Assembly: GCA_951406725.2 (NCBI GenBank)
Contig: OX597825.1
Coordinates: 77,872,001-77,936,000 of the forward strand
Source: Octopus vulgaris
Taxonomy: Eukaryota
Length of the DNA stretch: 64,000 nt
Direction: 5' to 3'
In this document: positions 52,599-64,000 of the stretch, piece after piece
Position numbering within the stretch: the stretch's first letter is position 1
How the letters are laid out: the number at the start of each line of letters is the position of its first letter
Made by a program: the position numbers and the translations under genes
Notes under the pieces: generated by a model
The model's input: the letters and a program-made list of their open reading frames with translations, nothing else
Databases searched by the model: none
What the model was told of the DNA's origin: nothing

Positions 52599-52745
52599 GT
52601 CGGCAGCAGCAGCAGCAGCAGTAGCAGAAGCGCAATTTTCATTCGCCAAACGACCATCCACTCCTCCCCGCCACACACTGCACTTCTACATCATCATCAC
52701 CGTCATCATCACCATCATCGTCATCATCGTCAATCTTCATCACCA
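51036..52745. repeat. (CAT)n-rich, (TTG)/(TTA) and (CTA) trinucleotide blocks
   Basis: Directly visible. Confidence 0.9.
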
Positions 52746-52994
52746 CTTACTTGCCTACTTGTATGTGTGTGTTTGTGTTTGTGTGTGTGTGTATGTGTGT
52801 TTGTGGGTGGCGGCCATGGTCCTCACCTATTTTCATTCTTGTTAAACATTCTCGGGGAGTTTTTTTCTTTTAGTTTCTTTCCATTTTCATTTCACAGAAT
52901 TTTTCTGTAAGGTTTTTAGAGACTTGGTTATATTCTTCACAACGTATATATATATATATATATACATATATGTTTGTGGGTGAGTGTATGTGTG

Positions 52995-53069
<75 letters not shown>

Positions 53070-53153
53070 TTATTATATAGAAGGAGCTTCTACAGGACTA
53101 GTACTGTTTCATTCAAGAGACTGTGGTTAACCCCGAATCAACCCGGGACCTAC

Positions 53154-53247
<94 letters not shown>

Positions 53248-54117
53248 GCATATATATATAGGTGGAATGACATAAATATATTTATAGAGATACATGTGTT
53301 TATTTATTTATATACCTCGATGTACTTATCCATATTTTTATACAAGCACACACACATACACATATACACATAAATCCCTATATATATCCATATATATATA
53401 TATATATATATATACATACAAGCATCTGTATATATACACACATATATATACACACACACATATATGTATGATCAATGTACATATACATATATATACATAC
53501 ACCTATACAAAATACATATGCATATATATGATCAATGTATGTGCATGTGAGAATGTTTACATAGACATACACATATAAACTTCCTCTCCCCCTCTCTCTA
53601 TATATGTATATGTGTGTATATATTGGTGTTTTTTTCTGTTCTGATGTTATGTGCCATTTTATTTACTTGTTTTTCAGAGATGGACCTCTTCTCGTAATCA
53701 CCCCCACACCCTGTTATCCAACCAAGTAGATTTTATTCTAGCAGACAATTCTACTTACCAAATTTCAACCATATCCAACATTGTCATCCGTGCCATATAT
53801 TTTTTCCCCTTTATTCACAGTTCGTGACTGGGTACGTATATAAGTGAACGATATATATGCGACCACACGGATGTACATGTGTCTATGCTTTCAAATCTCC
53901 GTATAAGTGTAAGGTAGCTATAGGAGAGCCAGTAGCACCTATTCAGTATTCGCCCTCGTACATGAAAGTATATATATGTGTGTGTGTGTGTGTGTACATA
54001 TATATATATATACACATACACACACATGTATATCTATGCATATAAGTATATATGCATATAGGTACATATACATATATACATATGTATTTATATATACAGA
54101 TATATATATGGATGTAT

Positions 54118-54148
<31 letters not shown>

Positions 54149-54383
54149 CATATAGAACTAGATTTAGATATATAGATATATACACACAAACACATATATA
54201 TATGAATATTTATATAGAGAGATATATGCATATACGTACATGTACATATATCCATATATATATATATATATATATACATATATACATACATATATACACT
54301 CAGACACACATGTATATAAATACATAGGCATGATAGATGGAGAGAGACATGTTTCCATGTAACTTTATCTATCACTCTCTCTT

Positions 54384-54437
<54 letters not shown>

Positions 54438-54445
54438 AATGTGTG

Positions 54446-54553
<108 letters not shown>

Positions 54554-54730
54554 AAGAGAGAGAGAGTACTTACTTGTAAACCCAAAAAATCTTTTGCAGT
54601 CCGTAGCTTTTCATTAAATAATGAGCTAAATGTATATAATAAATACAGAAAAAAACAAGACAGGATACAGCAACAGATGCTCGCCAAATCCTCATCGGTT
54701 ATCAGCCAGAAGGTCGACTACAATTTCGCG

Positions 54731-54794
<64 letters not shown>

Positions 54795-54798
<4 letters not shown>

Positions 54799-55405
54799 TC
54801 TTGACTGACCAGTCCGTCGGGTGTCCATTTGACACCGCTGGTCACAGCACGCTGTCCACTCCCCGGTGGATCGCGCCTTCTTCATCCAAGTGATTCCAAT
54901 CGCCCTCCTAAAATCATAGCTCCACCGTAGTGGAGGCCTTCCCAGTGGTCGTTTCCGCTCGCGCGGGTACCACTAGTCAACTGCGTGGGTTCACCGATTA
55001 TCGGTGAGCCGGGCGACGTTACCAGCCCATTTAAACTTGCTGCGTGTATATTCTACGATGACATCCCTCACGCCGGATTTCTGTCTGATGACCTCGCTAC
55101 TGATGTGCTCTTTCAACGAGATTCCAAGCATTGACCTCTCCATGGCTCTTTGAGCCGTTATCAATCTCTGCTCTTCTCTCTTTGTGGTAGCCCATGTTTC
55201 CCTACCATATAACATTGCAGGTAGAACTGTACTGTTGATGAGTTTGGCGCAGGTGGTCCTGTCAAACCTTCCCTTGAGCACATCACTTATGCCATTGAAC
55301 GCCTTCCATCCGGCCCTTACTCTCCCCGAGATCTCCTTTTCGATATCTCGGCACATATTCACTTCCTGTCCCAGGTAGACATATTCCTTTACTTCCTCTA
55401 TTTCA
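54795..55405 (-). mobile_element. RTE-clade LINE 3' fragment ending in (TA)n
   Basis: IEEVKEYVYLGQ...EISGRVRAGWKAF...VLPAMLYGRETW...QRAMERSMLG...KWAGNVAR...R*T...KRPLGRPPLRW; two stops near the end. Confidence 0.92.
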
Positions 55406-56152
55406 GGAGGTAACGGAATAGATGTATGTGTGTGTGTGAGGGATTATGTAAAAACATATATAATAGTGTGTATATGTGTATATGTGGGTGTCTGAGCTAA
55501 AGTGTGCGTGTGTGCGCGTATTATGTATGCACGTATGTATGTATGTAATATATGTTTGCATGTATGTGTGCGAGTGTAAATGTATGTATTGTGTTTATGT
55601 TCGTCTTCTTGTGTACTTAGTGTTCTGTTACACTCGTGTGATTTGATGTGTATTTTATGTACATCGTACTCTATCCTATAGGTGTTGAGACATACTTGAT
55701 TACAATAGATACACACACACTCACACACACTCACACACATAGAAATACACACATACACATTTATAACTACATAAATCCCTACACACTCGCACACATACAG
55801 CCGAGGCGACCTATCCCTCACAAGCAACATATAGACATTTCCATAAACCCATCTGACTATGTTAACATCTCCAATGTCAACGCTTCGCTCTGCCAAAGTC
55901 AGATTCTTTCAATGCCGTAATCTCACTTTTCGACATCATTCCTCATTCATTCTTTATTTAACATCCAGAATATGGATTGTATTCACAATACATATCGAAG
56001 CCGGCACCTTGCAATACGCCTCGCTCCCATTAGTAGAATGTTTTATTTTATGGGAGGTGAGTGAAGGAACATATGCAAATATCGCAAATACGAATTGTGA
56101 GGGCGAAGAATAACGAAATAACGGAATAAACTTGCTATTCGGAGTTGTTATT

Positions 56153-56187
<35 letters not shown>

Positions 56188-56246
56188 GTGTGTGTGTGTC
56201 TGTGTGTATGTATATGTATGTGTGCGTGTATATGTATGTATGTGTG

Positions 56247-56277
<31 letters not shown>

Positions 56278-56314
56278 GGATGGATGGATGTATATGTGTG
56301 TGTGTATATGTATT

Positions 56315-56355
<41 letters not shown>

Positions 56356-56435
56356 GTATGTGTGTGTGTGTTTGTGTGTGTAAGTGTTACATATATATGT
56401 CAGCATGTGCACGCATGGAAGCACATTAGACAGCT

Positions 56436-56490
<55 letters not shown>

Positions 56491-57364
56491 CATACATGCA
56501 TACATACATACATACACACACATACTTACTTTCATAACTACATATATATCTTCTTTGTAAAAATCTGCGGATGAGCTCATAGAGTGTACGTATCGTCTTG
56601 TGTAACACATGCGGCAGTCTCTCAAGCGGGTAATTTCTTCAGGGGCAATAATTCAGTAGACAACAATTTATGTCTACAATATTCAATGAATTCACGCAAC
56701 GCAATATTCAAAAGTACATACAGACAACTGTCAACACATTATTGAACGGAGAAATGGTTTCAGTTGTTGACATCCAGATCGGATTATTACAAAAAAATGA
56801 GGGGAAATCGTTTCAGGTACAGGATAAACCAAAACCTACACAAACTGATAAGTTCACTTATTTATTGCACGGAATCCAAAAATCTTTGACACGATGTGTG
56901 AGATGCTCGCTGAAACTGCCCCACTTTCTTTCAATCATTAAATATCTATATGCGTTTATATTGAGTTCTACACCATGTTATTAAAATCGCATTGTCTCAG
57001 TGTTATATTGCATTTTAGCTTTAATTCTTTCGTTTTCCGTTTATTTAACATTCCGCGTTTTCTATATTCTACATTCTCAGCTTTTTCGCGTTTCTTCTCT
57101 TATTCAATGTTTTTAGTTCGTTATGATTTGTGGTTTGTGCCTGATGATTATGTCTGAGATAGTCCTCAACATATGAAACTATTAGTAGCACTTAAAGACA
57201 TGTATTGTGTCCTTTAATTAAATAATATTTATTTCTCATCAGATGGAGTACGTTTTTGTTGATGTTTCTATCACGGAACAGTACAGTGTATGTGTGTGTG
57301 TGTGTGTGTATGTGTGTGTTTGTGTGTGTTTGTCTGTATATGTGTGTGTATGCGTGTGTGTGAC

Positions 57365-57497
57365 GGCGCGTGGCTTAGTGGTTAGGGCATTCGACTCACA
57401 ATCGTAAGGTCGTGAGTTCAATTCCCGGCGACGCGTTATGTCCTTGAGCAAGACACTTAATTTCACGTTGCCCCAGTCCATTCGGCTGGCGAAAATG
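57365..57497 (+). mobile_element. SINE family C (tRNA-derived head), 3'-truncated
   Basis: A box tggcttagtgg, B box gagttcaattcc, then tgtccttgagcaagacactt; follows (TG)n. Confidence 0.8.
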
Positions 57498-57749
57498 CAG
57501 CCACTAACAGACTTTCTCTCTCCCTCCTCTGCTTTCCTTTCTGCAACCATAACCATGTTTCACTACAACTATTTGCTGCAGCAATCTTTGGGAATCTACC
57601 ATGAAACACCTTCTCTTGCCTGTCAGATAATCTTCCTTCTGTTTTCTAGTTTTTAACTTCATTTGGCTTCTTGCACCCCCCTATGTCCCATTTGTGACTC
57701 TAGTAGAAGCAGCTAGTAAACTCTCTACACTATTTCCTACTTCCAAGTG

Positions 57750-57852
57750 GCCGATTAAATAAGTACCAGTCGCGTACTGAGGTCGATGTAATCGATTATC
57801 ATCCTCCCCCAAATTTTAGGTCTTGTACCGAGAGTAGAAAGGATTATTATTA
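57750..57852 (+). mobile_element. SINE family B 3' half with (ATT)n tail
   Basis: gattaaataagtaccagtcgcgtactgaggtcgatgtaatcga...gtagaaaggattattatt. Confidence 0.78.
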
Positions 57853-57900
57853 TTGTTGTTCTTCTTCTTCTTCAACTTGTCGCCGTTGTTGTTGTTGCTC

Positions 57901-57937
<37 letters not shown>

Positions 57938-57939
57938 GC

Positions 57940-57970
<31 letters not shown>

Positions 57971-58488
57971 AGTGTTGTTGCTGCTATAATGTCCTTTATA
58001 TATACAGTCACAGTATGCAATTTTCATCTCCGCCAATTCTGTATGTTATTGGTATACTTATATATACACAGAAACACAGAAGTATGTGTGCTAATATATA
58101 TATATATGTGTGTGTGCGTGTGTGTGTGTGTATGTGTGTGTATGTGTGCGTGTATATAAATATATATATAGATATATGTATATATATATATATATATACA
58201 TATGTCTGTGTGTGTATGTGTGTGTGAGAATGTGTGCGTATTTGTGAGTATATATATGAGTGAGTGTGCGTAAATATATATATATATATATATTTTACAT
58301 GAGTATAAATAGATCTATGTCATAGATAATTTAAATAAACATCTAGTTATACATACATATATATATATATATATAAGTACGCATACACATATATATATAC
58401 ACGCACATATACGTATATACATATATAAACGCGTATACATGTAAATTTTCCTTTCCCCTTTTTCTCTGAATTTCTATCTCTATTTCCG

Positions 58489-58552
<64 letters not shown>

Positions 58553-59000
58553 CCTTTCTCACTCGTTGCATCGTTTGCTCAATGACATTCCTTATATACG
58601 TGAAATAACACCGTAGATAGATCTCTCCCGTTTCTCTTCTTTTACCTTAGCTTGTATCTCGCGTCGTCTGCTGTTCTGTTTATTCACGCGGCAACCGATA
58701 ATCATGCGCTGGGCGACAGGACAGAGTTAGCGGGCTGGGGGCGTGGAGGAGACGAATAGGTGGGTGGTGGATGGTGGCAAAATAATTCAACACAGACAAT
58801 GACAGACGCACAGACAGAGCAGACAGACAGGTAAACATATGTCCGTATGTGTCTTGATATATATGGACATAAAGTATGAGAGCAGATCTATAAAAAAGAT
58901 GCTCGTATGCATGCATATAATATATACATATATATATATATGTATATATACATATGTATACCATATATATACCATATATATATATATCATATATATATAA

Positions 59001-59050
<50 letters not shown>

Positions 59051-59101
59051 GTATACCATATATATACCATATATATATATCATATATATATAAACACATA
59101 C

Positions 59102-59149
<48 letters not shown>

Positions 59150-59193
59150 TATACATATATATATATATGGATATGTATATATATATATATATT

Positions 59194-59242
<49 letters not shown>

Positions 59243-59293
59243 ATGTATATATCCTCACAGAAATATATACATATATATATATTTATATATATG

Positions 59294-59325
<32 letters not shown>

Positions 59326-59329
59326 CATG

Positions 59330-59388
<59 letters not shown>

Positions 59389-59708
59389 TTGTTTGTATGT
59401 ATGTATGTATGTATGCATGTATGCATTGTGAGACTAGAGAGACAATCACTGTTTTTTTTGGGGGGGCGGGGGTAGACAGATCTTGATATCTTTCGATATC
59501 TGCCTGATTGATTATCGCATTTGATATCGATATTAAACAATGTCTGGCATTGTGGTAGTGGCCAATGTCGATGATGATGCTTTCGCTGTTCTTCTGGAAT
59601 TGGCATTTTGGTTTCAGCGATAAATGGCTACATTTACAGACTCACACTTACACACAGGTATTACACGGGTGTATTACACTACCTGCTAATCACATATATA
59701 TCTATGTG

Positions 59709-59868
<160 letters not shown>

Positions 59869-59985
59869 CATATGAACATTATATATTTGTTTCTATGTAC
59901 TGTATGAATGTATGTATGTGTGTGTGTCTTTGCATGTATATATATGTATGTTTGTATCTAAGTGTGGACGTATGCATACCTGTAA

Positions 59986-60031
<46 letters not shown>

Positions 60032-60128
60032 TATATTTATATATATACATACATATACATATATATACATATATTTGCTTGTAGGTATGCATAGGTCCGC
60101 ACTAAGATACAAACATACATACCTATAA

Positions 60129-60160
<32 letters not shown>

Positions 60161-60313
60161 TTATACATACATACACATATACATGCATGCATACATGTAT
60201 ACATGAAGGTGTTCATACATACGTATATGCATATATACATGCAAAGATAGATATATACATACGAAACATACAAAACATACACATATACATACATACATAC
60301 ATACATACATACA

Positions 60314-60347
<34 letters not shown>

Positions 60348-61922
60348 CATAGATATGTTCATACATACATACCTATATGCATATATACATGTATAGCTAT
60401 ATATACGCACGTGTTTTGTGGCGCATCACTTTCCTGATCCCCATGGGAAGGAAACATTTCCTTAAATGAATAAAAATTATCTATTACAAAAAAGAAGAAG
60501 AAGAAGAAGAAGAAGAAGAAGAAGAAGAAGAAGAAGAAGAAGAAGAAGAAGAAGAAGAAGAAGAAGAAGAAGAAGAAGAAGAAGAAGAAGAAGAAGAAGA
60601 AGAAGAAGAAGAAGAAGAAGAAGAAGAAGAAGAAGAAGAAGAAGAAGAAGAAGAAGAAGAATATAGCGGTCGGGGTGTATGATGATGGTGATGGTGATGG
60701 TGATTGAGACGATGATGAAGATGATGATGATGATTGTGATGGTAGAAAAAAGATGTAGAAGAAGAAGAAGAAGAAGAAGAAGAAGAAGAAGAAGAAGAAG
60801 AAGAAACAACAACAACAACAACAACAGCAACAACAACAACAACAACAACAATGGCAATTGAATTCGTGTATTCCTGGTCCTTTCTTGTTTACCAAAAGTG
60901 GAGGGAACAAATCGATATTTTGCTAACTCTGTGTTATTGATTTCTGACTAGACTCTCGGGGCCTCGTTATTGAGGAAAGGCGCTTACAGATCGATGGATT
61001 GGCTTTGCTGTGATATATCGATCCCTACGATACGCAATAACCGAGGTTAGGATACATTGAGTTATAATCAAGTCGTGTGTTTTCGATTTCACACTCAACA
61101 CACTTCTTTGATAATGTTGTTCTTGCTTTTACTGTTGCCTGTTCCTTGGGAAATTTTGATTAGGTTAAACACGCTCCAACCGAGGCCTTCCCTTATTACA
61201 TTTCCGAGCTGTCACTGCTCACTTAAGATAACATCAATGAATGCCTCTTCATTTCTAGGTATGATTTTTAAGAGTGCATTAGCTGCCGTTTCTAGCATGT
61301 CTGGTGGTCATATAGATGTTCCTTTGTTAGCTCCTTGGTATTTCCTCGTATTGTTTTGTGCAGTGCGCTGTATGGAATGCGCAACACGTTCACTGGAATT
61401 TTCTCTACCATAGACTGGCGTGTTATGCCATCAACATCAATATGTTTTTATATATCCATCGTCGTAACTCTACAGAGATCAACTTTGGGGAGTCATGAAA
61501 TATATACTATCTATACATTTGAACGTAGTTATACGCATATCATTAAATAAAGTTATTCAAGTAGACATCTATAAAGTTTTACTCAACCCACTCAAGTTCC
61601 CAACACCTTTAGATATTTTCTCCAGTGGGTGCTTTGGTAAACTAGCTCATCTAATTTGATTAGGGTGTTATCTGTGGTTATTGGAATATGAAATTTCTCA
61701 GCAATACTTTTGTTAGCTGTTTATGGAGTCTTAAGGACAGTATTCCCTTTTTATAGGGAGATTTGGGAGTCTTTCTACACCTCTAATTTTGGAGTTTCAA
61801 GATGTAATATGACAGTTATATAGAGAGAATTCGGTCTTTGACTCCACAGAAATGCATGAGCTGTTTATACCAGGTTTAAATGCATTTTTAGAGTATATGT
61901 ATGTATGGACATAGTGGATATA

Positions 61923-62806
61923 TGCGGTCTGATCAATAACTATCTGGACTGTTGCTATAGAAACGCAGGTTCAAGCTGCTTTGCACAGATTGACCCTGTC
62001 CTCTGCTGCGCATGCGCACTACATTTTAACGTTCTAACTCACTTCCGCTGTTTACAGCAGTGCTTGGAAGAAAGCTGTGTAGCGTGTGATCGTCGCATTG
62101 TCCATGACAGAGAAAGTTGTCATGGTGATACCTACTTAGAGACCTACACAAAGTTGCAGAAAGTGTATGGAGAGGAGTGTATGAGCCGTACACAAGTGTA
62201 CGAGTGGTATAGACGTTTCCAAGATGGCCGTAAAAATATCGATATTGACAAACATTCAGGGAGATCTGCAACAAGCAGAACTGATAAAAACATCGCAGAT
62301 ATGCGTGCGGTTGTGAGGGGAAATCGTGGAATCACCATCCGTGAGTTATCAGTGGATGTGTAGATTAGTTACGGTTCAAATCAGTCTATTATCATTGAAG
62401 ATTTGGATATGAGATGCATGTCTGCCAAGTTTGTGTCAAAACTGCTTTCAGCTGACCAAGAGGACACTCGGGTTTCAGTTGCACAAGACCTCCTTGATTG
62501 TGTCAAAAATGATGAAAACTTTCCGAAAACTTTGCGTCGGCATCAGAGTCACATTCGCCAAACTTTTGACAAAATGTGATGCAGATTCTCTGCTCAACTT
62601 TCTCTATCATGGTCAATACGACGATTGCAAACTACACTTCTTCCTTCCACGTTCTGCTGTAAACAGCAGAAGTAAGGGAGGACGCTAAAACTTAGTGCGC
62701 ATGCACAGAAGAGTTAAAGGTCAATCTGTGTGCCAAGTGGCTTTATTCTACGTGCTTTATCTCCATTACTATAGAAACACTCCGGATACTTATTGATCAG
62801 ACCACA
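61923..62806 (+). mobile_element. Non-autonomous mariner derivative: N-terminal HTH pseudogene between two inverted copies of the 5' end
   Basis: TA TSDs; TIR tgcggtctgatcaataa / ttattgatcagaccaca; ETYTKLQKVYGEECMSRTQVYEWYRRFQDGR...HSGRSATSRTDKNI...ITIREL...SAKFVSKLL; inverted similarity extends about 200 bp. Confidence 0.9.
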
Positions 62807-62826
62807 TATTTCTGTGTGTATGTGGG

Positions 62827-62867
<41 letters not shown>

Positions 62868-63785
62868 GGGAGAGCGAGACAGACATTTGTAGAGAGATAT
62901 AATATACCTATTATATATGTGTGTGTGTTTATGTTCGTATATATGTAAACATAGATATCAATACATACAAATATTTATAAGTGTATTTCTTATCTCTCTA
63001 TATACACGTGTCATATATGTATATATATGTATGTTTTGCATAGTGTGTACGCATGTATGTATACATATCTCTATATTGTACATGGTTGCGTGTATGTGTA
63101 TATATATATACATATATATTATGTGTGTGTGTGTATATATATATATAATATGCACATGTATACATGTATAAACATCTACATACATAGTCACACAACACAC
63201 ACACACACACACATAGATGCTTACACATACACACACACACACGCACACGCACACACACGCATATACATACATATATTTCCACGTCCTCCTCACTGCTTCC
63301 GCAAGCTATCATCACCCACTCTTCCACATAACTCCAGCAGATGTCATTACAATTTTTATTGGGTGTAGATAAACAACATATACAAAGGACGCCATTTTTT
63401 ATGGTTCAACTTAATTCAATTTGTCTTGGAGATTAAACTGTAGAAGATAAATAAATTGTTGGATTTTGTTCCGTTAAATTAGCGACTCGTTTATAAATTT
63501 GCATTGCGTATTTCATAAAGGTTTTCCTGCTGAAACTGGATGTTTATATAAACGAGTGTGTGTGTGTGTGTGTGCGTGTGTGTGTGTGCGTGTGTATGTG
63601 TATGTGTGTGTATGTGTGTGTGTGTGCGCGTGTGTGTGTGTGTGTGTATGCCTGTGTGTTATCAAAAAGGATTAAGAGAAACTGTACTCAAAGAATACAG
63701 AACAAGTTTCACGCTTCTACATATATACGTCCACTCATACATATGAACACACACACACGTGTGTGTGCATGTGTGTGTGTGTGAA

Positions 63786-64000
63786 GGTTCGTGGTTTAGT
63801 TGTTAGGGTATTCAGCTCAGGATCATAAGGCCTTGAGTTCAATTCCCGGCAATCCGTTGTATCCTGGAGCAAGACACTTTACTTCACGTTGCGGCAATCT
63901 ACCCAGCTTGCAAAACTGAGATGTACCTATATTTCAAAGGACCAGCCTTGTTACACTTTCTGTGTCTCGCTGAATCTCTCTGGGAGCTATGTGAAGGGTA
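63786..64000 (+). mobile_element. SINE family C copy (runs off the window)
   Basis: gtggtttagttgttagggtattc...gagttcaattcccggc...tcctggagcaagacacttt; follows (TG)n. Confidence 0.78.

Noticed and set aside
57365-57440. Functional tRNA gene
   Set aside because: The cloverleaf is imperfect and runs into a SINE body shared with the copy at 63786.

Overview
AT-rich eukaryotic DNA dominated by simple repeats: (TA)n, (TG)n, (TACA)n, (GATA)n, (GAA)n, (TAA)n, (GAT)n and (GGT)n. Repeat content and SINE types suggest an octopus or other cephalopod genome (inference). No host protein-coding gene could be recognised, and almost all listed ORFs are microsatellite translations. Recognisable content: (1) a young 5'-truncated Penelope-like element (PLE) with RT C-terminus, GIY-YIG domain, one frameshift and an inverted pseudo-LTR (pLTR); (2) about 14 intact-to-degenerate minimal type I hammerhead ribozyme motifs from several families, many in short islands next to (TA)n; (3) four R4/Dong-like LINE 3' fragments and one RTE LINE 3' fragment; (4) mariner, maT, Tigger, hAT and piggyBac-like DNA transposon remnants; (5) three tRNA-derived SINE families; (6) a tRNA-Leu(AAG) probable pseudogene fused to a SINE body; (7) a 230-bp inverted duplication. 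The most unusual observation is a ~90-nt predicted structure at 28929-29021 inside a (TA)n-flanked island. Its order is closing helix, hairpin, single-stranded TA/TG tract, H-type pseudoknot, closing helix, which mirrors the template/pseudoknot core of telomerase RNA but with a microsatellite-like template. This is a by-eye hypothesis from a single copy. All folds and alignments were done by eye.
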